Translations under genes and position numbers: made by a program
Part shown: positions 14,401-26,695 of the stretch, piece after piece
Layout: each line of letters begins with the position of its first letter
Numbering within the stretch: the first letter of the stretch is position 1
From: Zancudomyces culisetae HAW-14-8
Lineage: Eukaryota; Fungi; Kickxellomycota
Assembly (NCBI GenBank): GCA_052426225.1
Contig: JBNJNM010000021.1
Coordinates: forward strand, 992,001 to 1,056,000
Length of the DNA stretch: 64,000 nucleotides
Direction: 5' to 3'
Notes under the pieces: model-generated
Told to the model about the DNA's origin: nothing
Database searches by the model: none
Seen by the model: only the letters and a program-made list of their open reading frames with translations

Positions 14401-15158
14401 ACTTGAGTGGTTACCCTCCCAGTGTTCAACAGCCTTTCCATCCTACTACTAGCATTCCAGTGTACTCCAATATTCCAAAAACCTCCTCCTCGCCTGCCAT
14501 TGGATACAGAGTAATTCCACAGAACCAACAGCAGTTCACGTCTATGTCTTCTACTATGGGTACCCCTCGCTCAAGCTCTGCAATCGGTGGCGGCCCTGTT
14601 CCTCAGTACGCCCAGCAACCGTTTCCCGGTGCCTATTCAACTTTTCAACAGCAGCAACAGTACCAAACTCCACTACAAGCCTTACCTGGTAAAAAAAATT
14701 CATCCCAGCTAACAGCCTCTAGATCTACACAGGTTTTATACAATTATCCCTCAGCGTATTCCGCCATTGATCCCTCTTCCTTCCCTACCTATTCCAGCTA
14801 TATTTTAAATAATACACAACCAAGCCTCCAAAACACTGCTACTTTCAACAATAGCGGCCGCCAAAGTGTTGCTGGAAGCTATGCCTACCCTGGGATGACG
14901 CCAAACACTAGAAGTACCACTGTCACACCAACACCGATCCCAGTTCAACTGCGGTCGCAGTCGCCCGCAATTTCTCTAAACTACAGATACAACAACACTT
15001 TTGGAATCAGCCCTACTAATATGCAGCCACTTCCTGTAGACAGATCGAATTACTCAGCATATTCTAGGAATACCATTAGTGCAAGCTACGGTTCACCACT
15101 ACAACGGCAGCCAATCCAGGGCAATTCTCAACCTTTTTATACTACAAGTATGAAATAA
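11442..15158 (+). CDS. Hypothetical 1238-aa low-complexity protein (K/E-rich coiled region, S/P/Y/Q-rich C-terminus)
   Basis: Single uninterrupted 3.7-kb ORF starting at ATG. No catalytic motif recognised. Confidence 0.85.
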   Translation: MNRVGTLFTRKKVIGKEGSAKGKSAKDEGKRTVNKEEKNARTEMRESPRQDTEKYGGKIALGDFNLDFGKGLMDANHDKDNYRSRLDPRGGSSGGFFSNSSTDIDSGMELSFVHFDTNTSSSSSNSRVVNERVRTKPAKEETRTKPAKGVAKSKEHLGEYDNQLSKNLLSSIGGNTAIFDDVSFGWNENASDEATTKGLDFDVGGYGEDYFGYIGDLGNSKMMLNDNTTYGSGQMDNSRQEAGGRRSDDRNEGLFTIDFGDEEKGTRREMLMSSSENTLGSEEAYSREEHSLVLNTKDNQKKGSSEAKHTSFFGLFGGKKKKDHQDKAPKLVRKKLDDDRKVQKQINQKTSEKDVRQERIRNRDQEKIKENVVAEEKIQQKSREVKDAGEYKSNRIYEENMNKKKKKMIDYDEDDEDEAVPQDMRQNHRYEDELAKMAELEEQRLRKEMERVRDQQIKDNEERKKNMVYDRMRERHMREFKINNANCTYVPAYPTENNIPQQQNQQGIEGGIENDEYNAHYSMMGPGNFYNYPGHPNSVMHGENESVVGGYNRFTQNPGYGIYYPNNMGPMPGYDGVQEVGDGDEEGKGVAEESDDDDDSVVLGNIRIPAEQNVEESSGIEAVSEPENNRYQRPKKYKENAADTNSEPHEDEQEQRSNKYKRVNALAVNTTDLNTESKSAKQKHASGTSEVAVTDETAQPSAISTQKLVRFKQTVSVVFNSPLSPEVAKAQRSSALFVKDTKSEELLSAPAPEGEQAFQYNCKNTATTRSLSDFSSLSEKNQVEIIRKSEKLKQLKVDDQDEKNQDEKDQETTKKLASSLKRSEDEDSDNSLYNDREVGSATPDNVSKTSESNSGTVCSPTQSHIGPVQKYVNHQEAIRKLESTGVDGYKQGKKRVLKAPLKSETSVDFIQPVPTTLHQHMSYHDLSGINSTYPNLHIAQNPSGIYPYNTYSGRTTPGLKTVSPAQQLRHTYNSSPTVSSDQYIQNNLSGYPPSVQQPFHPTTSIPVYSNIPKTSSSPAIGYRVIPQNQQQFTSMSSTMGTPRSSSAIGGGPVPQYAQQPFPGAYSTFQQQQQYQTPLQALPGKKNSSQLTASRSTQVLYNYPSAYSAIDPSSFPTYSSYILNNTQPSLQNTATFNNSGRQSVAGSYAYPGMTPNTRSTTVTPTPIPVQLRSQSPAISLNYRYNNTFGISPTNMQPLPVDRSNYSAYSRNTISASYGSPLQRQPIQGNSQPFYTTSMK

Positions 15159-15456
15159 GTGTATGAACGAAATTTATTCGTTGGACACACTAAAAGCTTA
15201 CCTAACGTGCTGATATATACATAGGATTTGGATAGCCTCAGAGCTTAACAAGTTCACATCTTTTTTATTTCATAATAATATTTTTTATAGTACAATCTCT
15301 ATCTTTCGGCTAATTTTTGATTAAAATTGGTTAATGTATGCTAACCTTATGTTTAATAAATGGTATTATTTTACTGCCAGACGATCTGTCAGTCCAATCC
15401 ATGTTATACCACCAATTAATTTATATTTATGTGACTTTTAAGAATCGAGGGAAAAA

Positions 15457-15959
15457 ATCGCAGCTTGAATGCTTGCTTTAATGTTCGTAATGCTTTTAGT
15501 ATTGATGGTCTTGAACTGTATAGAAAATTTTTGAATCTTGTTGATGATGGTTGATTATGGTTGATTATGGTTGATGATGGTTGATGATGGTTATAATAAA
15601 AGCTTTTTGTGTCTTCGCTGTTTCCTGCTGAACTCAATAAAAAAAATTGAACAGAATCATTATATTGGTGTTTCCACAAAATTGTCTTTGTAAATATCTG
15701 TTAGTCTCCAACCGGTAATAATATTAACACATCAGTATTCGCATATTCGCATATCTGTATATTTACATATTTTAATATAATATTTTCCTCCTGGTTCTTT
15801 TTATTAATCAAAGAAAAAACTATATAAACTGATAATGAAGCAAACCAAAACATCAACACCATCACTTTTTTGTTTTGACATTACTAAAAACCTCAAACAT
15901 TTAGTATACCAAACGAATAAGGTAAAATAAACAAGAAACGGATACAAGTATTAAATACA
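15457..15959 (+). repeat. ~500-bp dispersed repeat, copy 1 (inverted relative to 34461-34962)
   Basis: ATCGCAGCTTGAATGCTTGC...GGATACAAGTATTAAATACA matches the reverse complement of 34461-34962 with only about five substitutions and one 1-nt indel by eye. Confidence 0.95.
15541..15590. repeat. 10-bp tandem array (TTGATKATGG)x5 inside repeat copy 1
   Basis: ttgatgatgg ttgattatgg ttgattatgg ttgatgatgg ttgatgatgg. The mirror copy lies at about 34829-34878 and differs in one unit. Confidence 0.9.
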
Positions 15960-16175
15960 ACAATGCTGAACCATAGCGACGCAGACTACCACCCAGATGA
16001 TTGTACATGTGAGCAATGTGCAATATACATGCTTATTGACACCATTAAGAATACCAGCCCAAATTGAGACACAAAGACAAAAAAAACGGTGCTAATTTGT
16101 TGGGTTCTGCTTATTAGTCTAAAATCACAAACGAAAGGAAATTGACTAGTAATAGATGTTCACATGTAAAGAGTG

Positions 16176-16201
16176 GTGTGAGTGTGAGTGTGAGTGTGAG
16201 T
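16176..16201. repeat. (GTGTGA)4 microsatellite
   Basis: gtgtgagtgtgagtgtgagtgtgagt read directly. Confidence 0.8.
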
Positions 16202-17090
16202 GCAAGGTGTATAAAATGGTTATATTTCTTTTTCAGTCCATAAGATGTCACACTTTTATTAACTTTTTTTCTTTGGATCACTATACATTTTAAGCCATCT
16301 TTGATCAAGTCGTTATAACATCTTTAAAGAACAAATAACTAGGAAAACTCTCATAAAAAGCAAGAAAAAAAAAGTATGGGCTCAGATCTCAAGATCCTAT
16401 ATTTCGAGTGTTAACATTATACTCCCCCTCGCATGTAAAGTATCTTTTTTTTGGTATGGCTACTACTAAAATCCAACTATTCGTGCTATGTTGTATCTAA
16501 CAAAAATGTTCGTTTTAATTGTAGTTGCGTGTGGTTCCATCCTGCTTAAATGAAAAAATGTACATAATTCAATTAAAAAATCATTGCAGCTTGTTTTATT
16601 ATAGATTGTGCTAACATTTTTGGAATTAACTATTTACATATATTTTTTCTGGAAAGAATAAATTAGTGGGATGTGGAAGTAGAATAAAGTGGGGATGGAA
16701 ACAAGAATGGTAGATTACTAACCAATTTTTTCCTATTGTTTTTTGCTGGAAAACGAGGTCCAGCTAAACACAATTTAAATGCTGTCTACTATAATATTTC
16801 TACAAGATACCACAGCAGGACAGGCCAGAAAAGTATTACTTTGTCTGGATCACCATACACATGGTTCGGTAAAACATTTTTAGAGTTGGAAATCAGCAAT
16901 TAAATCCATTGAATGTGCAAACGATACCAATACTGCGTGTTTTGCACCATCCTCACCTCCCTGTCCTTACTTTAATATCTTAATAAGCTGTTAGTGTCAA
17001 TTGATTCAGCTTTACCAACACACAGAATGAGTGCAAATAAGAAAATAATCCCTTTTCGCTCCCCTCCCCCCTCTATGACACATACCCCAA

Positions 17091-19822
17091 TCATTCATTA
17101 AAAAAATTATCCTGGCGAGACTTTAAAAGTCGTGCTTCATTCATAACCTCTGACTTGAGCCGAACTCTACTTGCTTTTCCGGCACCAAATGCAAATCTAG
17201 TTATTAGATTGGCAGCCGCACCACGGGTTAAAAATAGCGTTGTGTTCTCGGTGGGTGAATCAAGACCCGTTGATTCGTCTGAATCAACCGGGTCAGTTTC
17301 AGTAGGGGATTCGGCTGAGTCTATTTCGATTGTGGTTGTTGTAAATAGAGATTTCGGAGCACCTAATTTAACTAAAAAGTTTAGCTGCCCTTTGCTGGGA
17401 GGTAGATTCCGCCATTTTTGGCCTCGTGAGTAAAGCTTATAGTCAAAGTTAGAGATTTTAGATTTAATGAACGTATCACAGGCACAGAAAGCCAAGGGAA
17501 GCGTGTCGGCTTGAAGAGGAAGTAATATGGGTTTGGATTGCATATGAGAAGGCGAAGGTAAAGGCGTAGCGGAAGTTTTTTTCTTCAAAAAATAGCGGTA
17601 ACTGGCGATATACCTTGGTGTTGTAGAGTGATCAAACTGTTCAACAGCTGCCTGCGTGAATATTGTTTGCCTTGTTGCAGGGGTTATTTGGGGGGTGTTG
17701 GAGGCAAGCTTATCTTCAATTGTAACTGATAAACGGGGATGGTTAAATACGTATTTTCCGTTGGGTAAAGCAACCCAGGACAATTTTGACCACAGCGCTA
17801 TACGGGGATCACCAGTAGTCAAAACATCAACGTCATATGGTGAAAAGTGTTTTTTGAAATGTAAACCAAAGTCGTTCATATCTCGACGATGCATAGTGAA
17901 TATGTGGTATGGGTCGAGCAAACGCCTACATATATGCTTGATGCTTGAGAGTGACGGGTGTGATTGTTTATCGGTTACTGGAATGGAGTAGAACTCTGGT
18001 ACAGTGTTATCCCTCTTTTTGTTAAAATGCTCGAGAACATCGACATTTTCGATGGTGGTTTTAGGGTCAAGTCCCAGGAGAGTAGGGATGTTGACCATAC
18101 TCTTTTTTGAATCAAAGACATCCACAAAATCTACTATCATACAATCTGTTTTATCTTTATGCAGGCGCATTCCACGACCTATCATCTGCTGAAACAAAAC
18201 TGCACTTCGTGTGGGCCTCGCCATTAAAATGCAGTCTATATTTGGTATATCTGTTCCTTCAGTTAAAATCTCACAATTTATCAGGACTGGAAAGTATCTT
18301 TTCTTAAACTCTTCAAGTAAAACAATTCTATCGTTTTGTGAAGTGTTTCCAAACACAGCCCTCGCATCTACTCCTCTATCCCGAAATGTCTTTGTCAAAT
18401 TTCTTGCGTGTTCAACATTTACAGTAAATACCAATGTGGATTCACGTTTTTTCCCCTTAGAATCTCTCGAGAATTCAAGATATTTATCCACTATGAGGTT
18501 ATTTCTGTCGTCATTATCTACAGCTTTTGCAAGAGAGCTGGGATTGAAGTCATCGCCAAGATTTTTTACTGATGTTAAATCCACTATTGTTTTAACCATG
18601 GTAACTTTTATGGGACAAAGCCAGCCCTCTCTGATCATATCAATAAGGGGCTTGTAGTAAACAATTTTATTAAAAACCGCACCCAAAGCAAGCCCGTCAT
18701 GTCGCTTGAGGGTGGCTGAGCAGCCCCAGATCACCGGTCCTTTTGTCCTTTTTTCTTTAGGTGTACTAACTTCCGGCTCATGATCCCCTGTACTTTGAAC
18801 ATTTCCGTTTTCTTGATATTTTGATACAAAGTGTTCAATAACTCTAAGATATGAGCTTGCAACCGCATGATGGGCTTCGTCTATTATAATACATTTGTAA
18901 AGATCTGGGTCGTGCAACGATAACTTTTTCCCGTCTTTTCTTGCCAGTGTTTGTATACTTGTTACTATAACATCCGCAGCAATACTGGCTTTGCTAATTC
19001 CTTGATCAAGATCCACCCGCAAGTCGGGCGCTGCTCGACGGATCTGGCTGCAGGCTTGATAAAGTAGCTCCTTTCTATGAGCAAGCACCAACACTTTTGT
19101 AGCCTGTGGGGTGTCACCCTTGATCTGTTTTATCATGTTGGAAAACACAACCTATATTAATTTTTTTTAATAGTATTCGTTATTATTGTTTTTTTTTCAA
19201 TCTATTTTCGAGTTCACAAATGTAGAGCCAGACGTAGACATTATGAGAAAAAGAGTGTGGAGTAACAACCTTTCTCTCTCCCCTCCCCCCCGTTTATAGA
19301 CCGTTTAAATTTGAAAATATGATATAGAAACACGAGATACGAAATACGAAATACGCAAATATCATACCGTTTTCCCGCTTCCTATCAAGTACAGAAAAAC
19401 AATACAATAATCTGTTAGTCTGGGTTTGAAATCCAAAGTTTTATTTCTATATCTTCTACTAATAATAAAAGCTCAGCATTACCCACTGGCAAGGATACAG
19501 CAATATTTCTGTACCCCATTTCGATGGCTTCTAGAGACTTGTCGATACATTCTTGCTGGTAGTACCTTAAAGCAGGCCCCACTGACGAGGAAGCTACTGT
19601 GTTCTTGCTAGAAGAGCTTGGTATGTCGGATTCATTCTCCTGAACGAGTTTTAATTCGGAAAACGAGTTAGAGGTTGTCTCTGCCCCCAAAGCAGCACTT
19701 CGTGTTTTGTGTGAGTTATTAATGTGTAAATTCGCTTTTGAAATAGCGGTAAAAATCATTTTCTTGTAAAACCGTAAAAGTGGGTACTTATATGTACCCC
19801 TACTCCCTATCCAGGAATTCAT
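17091..19822 (-). CDS. IRC3: Mitochondrial SF2 (DEAH) DNA helicase, IRC3-like
   Basis: Exons ~19822-19483, 19381-19368, 19151-17091. Motifs: Q motif LRYYQQECI, Walker A LPVGSGKT, VLVLAHRKELL, IIIDEAHHA, SAT, EILTEGTDIPNID, QMIGRGMR. Basic N-terminus. Start could instead be ATG 19759. Confidence 0.85.
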
Positions 19823-21002
19823 AAATGGTGTGTTTAGTTCTAAATTTCGCTTTTTTTTTTTTAAAATTGTACAACCCAGACCAAGAGCTAGTTTTTTTTG
19901 CACTTTAATTTATGTATTATTTTTATGATGAGCTTTTAAAGCCGTGAACTTTCGGCTCAGGTTTTAAGGTTTGTTATTGGACGATTTTCTTCATGCAATT
20001 ATTGCAAAGGGGCAGTACAAGTATATTAACTTGCGCTCTTGAGCTAAAAATGATCTAAAATGAATTCAATCAAACCCTCCATACACAAGATATTCTTACA
20101 TTAAAGTTAGATGAGATATATAGCGCACCGGTGTACCAGCAATGAAAAAAATTGTTTAAATATATAACTAGCAACCTCTCTTGACTGTTATAGCCATAAT
20201 AATCATTAAGCGAGCTATGCTCAGTGGGTATACCATGAATCCAGTTCAAGAGATGAGTTTGTGCACTTTAGGTACATCACAATATTATAGTTGAGCCCAC
20301 CAGCGTTTCTCATCTAGCAAGTTTAGAGCTAGAAATATCAATGCACGTGTTTTATTGTAATATATTGTGAGTTGTGTCCACTACAAGACAGGCAGTTATC
20401 TGTTCTAGTTTTACATATTTTAAGGTGGGCATAACTTGGATCTTTGGTGATTAATCATATTTAGAAAAAATAATTAAATAAATAAGAATTCGCAAAGAAT
20501 TCGAAATAATAATGCTGTAAATATATGTTATAAAAAGAAACGCAAGAAAAAAGTGGGGTATCACTACACCGAACGCATACATCAATTCTTTAATTTTTAA
20601 AAGGAATTTTAATGAGGCACGAAGAACCAGGCATTACTCAGAGGACTTTCAAGCCTAAGTACGTATCTTGTTGTTTTTAATTAAATGGGTAAACATATGT
20701 CTCATAATCAGGCAAAAAATACACCAGGATAATTGGCTGGCTTTACACTAAATCCATTTTAAAAAATATATATAAATTCGGGCTTAACATAAATAATATA
20801 AATCTTGCAAACGCACCACAAGTTTAATAAATAAGTACTACAATTTAGCGATTCGGGGAGGATTGGATAGATAGTATTCTGCTAGAAAGTAAAACTCGAA
20901 AATAATAAACACGGTTTAGAAAGTAGCGTATTAAAGAATACACGATTCAAAGACCTAGTCCAGCACTGAAAAATTTAAAAACTGAATGGAAAAGTACTAA
21001 GG

Positions 21003-24000
21003 ATGAAAGAATCAGAGCCAGAAAGCAAAGAATACGGTAGAGGAAGGGGTGATGAGAGGAAGAGAGACAGGGAGAGATATGAGAGGGGTAGAGAGGATAG
21101 GGGTAGAGAGGAGAGGAGTAGAGATCGAGATCGAGATAGGGGTAGGGGTAGAAATCGGAGTCATAGTAGGAGCAGGAGTAGAAGTAAATCCAAAGATAGA
21201 GAAAGTATAACTAGGGCCAAGAACAGAGAATCTCAAGATTCGTCTAAAAATCTACGAGAGGATAACAAAGATATCCCGGAAAATGGGAAAAAAGCGCCAG
21301 TGACAGTGGAAGAATTCATCGAGATGAAAAAGAACAAGGAAGAGCAAAAAAAACCGGCATTCATGAGTCGTAAAGAGAGGGAGAGGCTGGCACTTGAGCG
21401 AAGACAAAAACAGTATGAGGAACAGCAGAGATCTAGAGGACTTGAAGAAAATAGACAAAGAGTGGATGACAGTGGTAGAAAACGCGGAAATGTAAACGAC
21501 AGTAGAAGTAAAAGCAGGAGCAGGAGTAGGAGTAGGAGTAGGAGTGTAGGCAGAGATAGAGATGCTAGATATCGTAGAAAAAGTAGAAGTAGAAGTAGAA
21601 GTAGAAGTGGCGACAGATATAGGTATAGGCATAGGAACAGAAGCCGAAGCAGAGGTAGAAGCCGAAGCAGGGGTAGAAGTAGAAGTAGAGAATGGAGAGG
21701 GACAAGAGGAAGAGAACAGGAGAAAGACAGAGCGAACGAAAGAGACAGAGCGATGAGGGCCAAACTGGAGGAACGAATGCGTGAGCAAGAGGATAGAGCG
21801 ATAAGGGAGAGGTATATTGGAAGGGAAAAGGAAAAAAAAAAGATTCGTAAAGGGCGAGATAAAGTTTTTATGTTTGATTGGGATGCCAAGGAGGATACTT
21901 CGCAGGATTACAATATGATATATGTAAACAGACACGAACCACAGTTTTTTGGACGTGGGCATCTGGCAGGATTCGATATAAGGGAGCAAAAGGCCAAGCT
22001 TTCAAAATTCTACAGTGAGCATTTGGAAAATAGACGAACGGTGGAAGAGGTGGAGCGAATCAAAGAGCTAGAGAGAGCCAAGATGGCTAAAGAAAGCAAA
22101 GAGCGATATAGTGATCGACACTGGAGCGAAAAGAAGCTGGATGAGATGAAGGAGCGGGATTGGCGGATATTTAAGGAGGATTTCAATATAAGCTGCAAAG
22201 GGGGAGGTATTCCAAATCCTATTAGGACATGGGATGAAAGTGAGCTACCAGAAGAGATACTCCGCGTGATAAAAAAGATAGGGTATGATCAACCAACGCC
22301 AATTCAGCGACAGGCAATTCCTGTAGGGCTGCAGAACCGAGACATCATAGGGATAGCAGAAACCGGGAGTGGAAAGACAGTGTCATTTCTGATTCCGATG
22401 CTGGTATATATCTCGACACTACCAAAGATTGACGAAACTAATATGCAAGATGGTCCATATGCAATAGTGCTAGCGCCCACTCGTGAACTAGTACAGCAGA
22501 TTGAACAAGAGGCGAGCAAGTTTTCGAAATACTTGGGTACAAAGTGTGTTTCTGTAGTGGGAGGGCATTCATTTGCAGAACAGGGATTTGCTCTGCGTAA
22601 TGGTGCTGAAATAATCATTGCTACGCCAGGAAGACTGAAGGACTGTATTGATCGAAGAATCATAGTTTTAAATCAAACCACATGTGTAGTAATGGATGAA
22701 GTAAGTTTTTGTGCCATCTGGTTCTGTTCTATAATTAATCTCTATACTTTTATACGTTATATACATGTATATTTACAACATGGTATATGTTGATAGGCCG
22801 ACAGAATGGTTGATATGGGTTTTGAAGAAGACGTAAATTTCATTTTGGATTCGCTCCCATCATCACACATCAAACCAGACACTGAAGACGCTGAAGATGC
22901 TTCGAAGATGCTTGAATCCACAATTGGCTCGGTTTTGCGATACAGACAAACTACAATGTTTTCAGCAACTATGCCGCCTGCAGTTGAACGAATGGCCAGG
23001 AAGTATTTAAGACGACCTGCAACAATTACAATAGGTACGGCAGGGCAGGCTGTAGAGACTGTTGAGCAAAGAGCCGAGTTTGTGAATAGCCTTGATCGGA
23101 AAAGGTTTGTGTGCCCATTTGTTTATTTTTGGGGGTCCTGTAAAGAGCAGACAAGGGAGATTGCTGCAATATTTATAACCATTTACTTTTAATCTTGTAT
23201 AGACTCCGGCTTTTGGAACTTCTTCAGAACGACTATTCTCCTCCGGTTATTATCTTTGTTAACCTAAAAAAGACGGCCGATTTGTTGTCCAAGGTTTTAT
23301 ACAAGGAGGGGGTAAGTAATTGTATTTCAGCCAATACTTTTTTGCGTTTTTTATTTTGTTTGGGGTTGGACGCAATATCGTATAAACAACGTTTAACCAA
23401 CCATCAATTGACTGTACCAAATAGCACAACTGTGTGGTTCTGCATGGTGGGAAATCACAAGATTTGCGGTAAAGTTTTTATTTATTTTATATTTTTCACT
23501 TATGCCACGCTCTTTTTGGCGTTGGAAACAGCCATTGCCCGGTTTAACTATCAAACATAGTATCAGTGTTAAGGTATATATTTACAAAAACAGAACCAAA
23601 ATGCTTGAGTGTGCAACATGAATAGTGAATCTGCTCTAATGAAACTAAAAAACGGAGAGGCAGACATTCTGGTGGCAACAGATGTGGCTAGCAGAGGAAT
23701 AGATGTCAAAGATGTATCGCTGGTTGTGAACTACGATATGGCAAAATCGATCGAAGGTAAGTAGATATACATACAAATGAATGTGTTGTACCTTTTAGTT
23801 TCTTATACGCACTCGTCCAATAGCACCTCTTACATTACTTGTTTTCAAATGGTTTATTTCTATAACTGTAAAAATCTAGACTATACACACAGAATTGGTA
23901 GAACTGGTAGAGCAGGTAAAACTGGTGTCGCCATAACATTCCTGACAAACGAAGATGCTGATGTCTTGTATGATTTGAGGAAAATGATGGAGAAATCCAG

Positions 24001-24106
24001 TCTTTCCAAATGTCCTCCAGAACTGGCCAGACACGAGGCTGCCCAAGCTCCACCAGGTGTTGCTAGAGCAAAAAGGAGATTTGAGGAGACTGTGTATAAA
24101 GAGTAA
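21003..24106 (+). CDS. PRP28: Pre-mRNA splicing DEAD-box helicase Prp28/DDX23 with N-terminal RS domain
   Basis: Exons 21003-22700, 22797-23104, 23203-23311, 23425-23468, 23626-23756, 23880-24106. Prp28-specific [32 protein letters not shown]; [16 protein letters not shown]|ADRM split by intron 1, [17 protein letters not shown]. Confidence 0.96.
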
Positions 24107-24191
24107 TCTACCCCCCTACGACCACTGCTGGAATTGAGGGTGTCTATTTCACTTTTTATCGCACAATTTAGTAAACGCCGTTTTGGAGTTT

Positions 24192-24828
24192 TCAAGTCGA
24201 TGAGCTCTGAATTCGGAGTCCATGCATCTCTTTTATTTCTTCTACAAGTACTTCGTTTACCATTCTATGCTGTTTTACTGGGGAAAGGCCTTTGAACTGT
24301 TCCGATTTGATTATTACTTGGTACATTGATCCACATCCACCTATTTTATTTGTGATAGCGTTTTGGGTGTTAGTATTAAGTTTCATGATATGTTATAATA
24401 GTAATTGCAAACAATAAATGTACTTTGCTAGAAATTAATTCAAAACACTAACCTGACAAATCAATCACTTTTAAAACTTGTGGTTTTAAGGCTTCTTTTA
24501 ATTTGTCGTAGATAACCTTTTCCTGCTCGGTACCAAATGTTTGCTGGCCATCTTCTACGGATTTCTGCGAGCTTTGACCATCATTTTCGGAATTCCGAGA
24601 TGTATATTGGGTGAACCATCGTTTTTCTAGTTTTGTGTTAAAACTGATACCAAAGCTGTTGTGTTTGGGGTTAACAAGACTGGAATCGGTATTTACATTT
24701 TTGCTGAAAAATCGATTGACCCCTGTTAATTGGACGGCTGCTGTACCAAAGCTGGCACTGTATGTGTTTTTTTGTATGTTCGAAAAATGTCTCGAAACGC
24801 AGAGCGGCCTTTTTAATGTTTTAAGCAT
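24192..24828 (-). CDS. BOL3: Mitochondrial BolA3-type Fe-S maturation protein
   Basis: Exons 24828-24453 and 24340-24192 give VIDLSGGCGSMYQVIIKSEQFKGLSPVKQHRMVNEVL..EMHGLRI. Long basic/hydroxylated presequence. Confidence 0.88.
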
Positions 24829-26695
24829 TTTTTTTTCCTATTGTTTTCTTAGAGTAAGAGTTGAGAATCAAAAAAAAAATGCACAAAGTATATCCAAGAT
24901 GGAAAAATCACTACCTATTTGCGAGGTCCTTTTTTATACGGGGAAACCCCAAACCTTATCTAAAAAAAATACGTAAAACAACCAATAAACAGCCAGACAT
25001 TCAAAAAGCTTGCTACAAAAAAATCAAAATTTTTATTATATTTGCGCAAACTGGATTGGACAGTGAAACATGATGTGAGATGCCTTTGGTCAGTGTTGAG
25101 CAGGGATTAAAGCTAGCCTCTTCATCTCATCATCACATACAATACTCCGTAGCAAGAAACGAGGGACAAAAATGCAAAAGGGAGATCAAATTTCCCCTCT
25201 GGAAAGGTTTGATATGTGAACAAATGCTAGCTTCTCTACCTGTTGTGTGATTTGATTTGACTACCCTAATGTTGTACCTAAGTACCAGCTGTGTGTTGCT
25301 ATTCTCTTGTATTTATTGCTAGTGGATTTGTAATGTGTTGGCTTCTCTGCTTGCTCTTTTTACTTTGCATATTTTCATCCAACTCATAATACGCAAAAGC
25401 CATGCCTCATAAAATTCCCATTAATAACTGGTGGTGTTACAACACACATCAGCAAAGTAACAGATTAACATCGCAATTAAGGATAGGATCTCAGCTGAAT
25501 ATTTTACTAGAACTTGGGAGAGGAGAGGTAAATTGGTCATCTGCTGAGAATAACAAAGGGTATATACAATGCGACCAGATTTGGGACTTGTAAATAATAA
25601 CACAGCCATCTTGGGCTAATCAGCCGCGCAAACTACACCGTACATTTTACAGCAAGTTTGGAAGAGAATGTTTGGTAGTTGCTGGATTTTCCTTTCTTGC
25701 TACACATGGTATATATCAATATACAGAAAGTGAGATTATTTGAAAAGAATTAAATGAAAAGTTACCAAGACTGTTTCTGTATTTATAGCATTCATATATC
25801 CTTCCACATGTTAATACAATAAAAACATTGAATATTTTTGGGCTCATTTAGCCACTTGCTTTAATTAATCGAGTTTCAAATATTTGTTATTTAGGAATGG
25901 AAAAAGAAAATAATATATGGATTTTTAAAAATAAGCGAAAGGGAAAATTAAATATGGAATGGGAAACAACACCAAGTAAAAAAAAGACGAAGGGGAAAAG
26001 AGAAACGAGTGCATTTGATGGATACCAGATTTTTATAAATTGCGCTTGTATCACTGGAGTATAAATCATGAATACGTAGAGCTTTAGACCCAAGTGATGC
26101 ACATTTGCGATATTTTGAAAACCTTTGCATTGATTTACGCACCTATTGACGGAGATGTGAATAAGCACTATATAATGCTGAGATGGGGAATGGAAAAGTG
26201 ATGAAAAAAATGTGGTACAAGTGATACACAGCAAAAATATATAGATTTGGGTGGTCAAGTCAAAAACGGAAACTCCCTTAGCCTCCATATATATACTGTA
26301 ATACATATTTGCCGCGAAGCGTTTACCAAAACTAGCTGAAATAACTATGGATTTGAGCTGAACCAGCTTAACTAACGAGTTTAGCAGCTATACAAAAAAA
26401 AATGTTATGAGTGTCAGTCCTGTTGCCAACTGGGTTGTACTGATATTATAGTTAATATTATCACCACCTCCATTAATACTACTATATGTACAATCTCAAA
26501 TCGCGACACTATCAGCTGTATTGAATGTTCTATTGTAAAAAGAATGATCTTTTATCGAGCACTAAGAGGTTGGATATAAAATAGCCAATACAAAAAGTAA
26601 AGCAAACCAAAGAAAGAGTGTAGTAATAGTTTGATAATACAGTTGCAACTCAAAGCACCGTTACACTCGCATAAACCATAACGTGGTATAAAGGA

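Noticed and set aside
15416-15679. 87-aa ORF within the repeat
   Set aside because: Non-ATG start, built on the microsatellite, no transposase or other motif.
21233-21989. 218- and 245-aa minus-strand ORFs rich in Leu or Ser/Thr
   Set aside because: Antisense shadows of the purine-rich RS repeats of PRP28. The same applies to the antisense ORFs over the other long genes.
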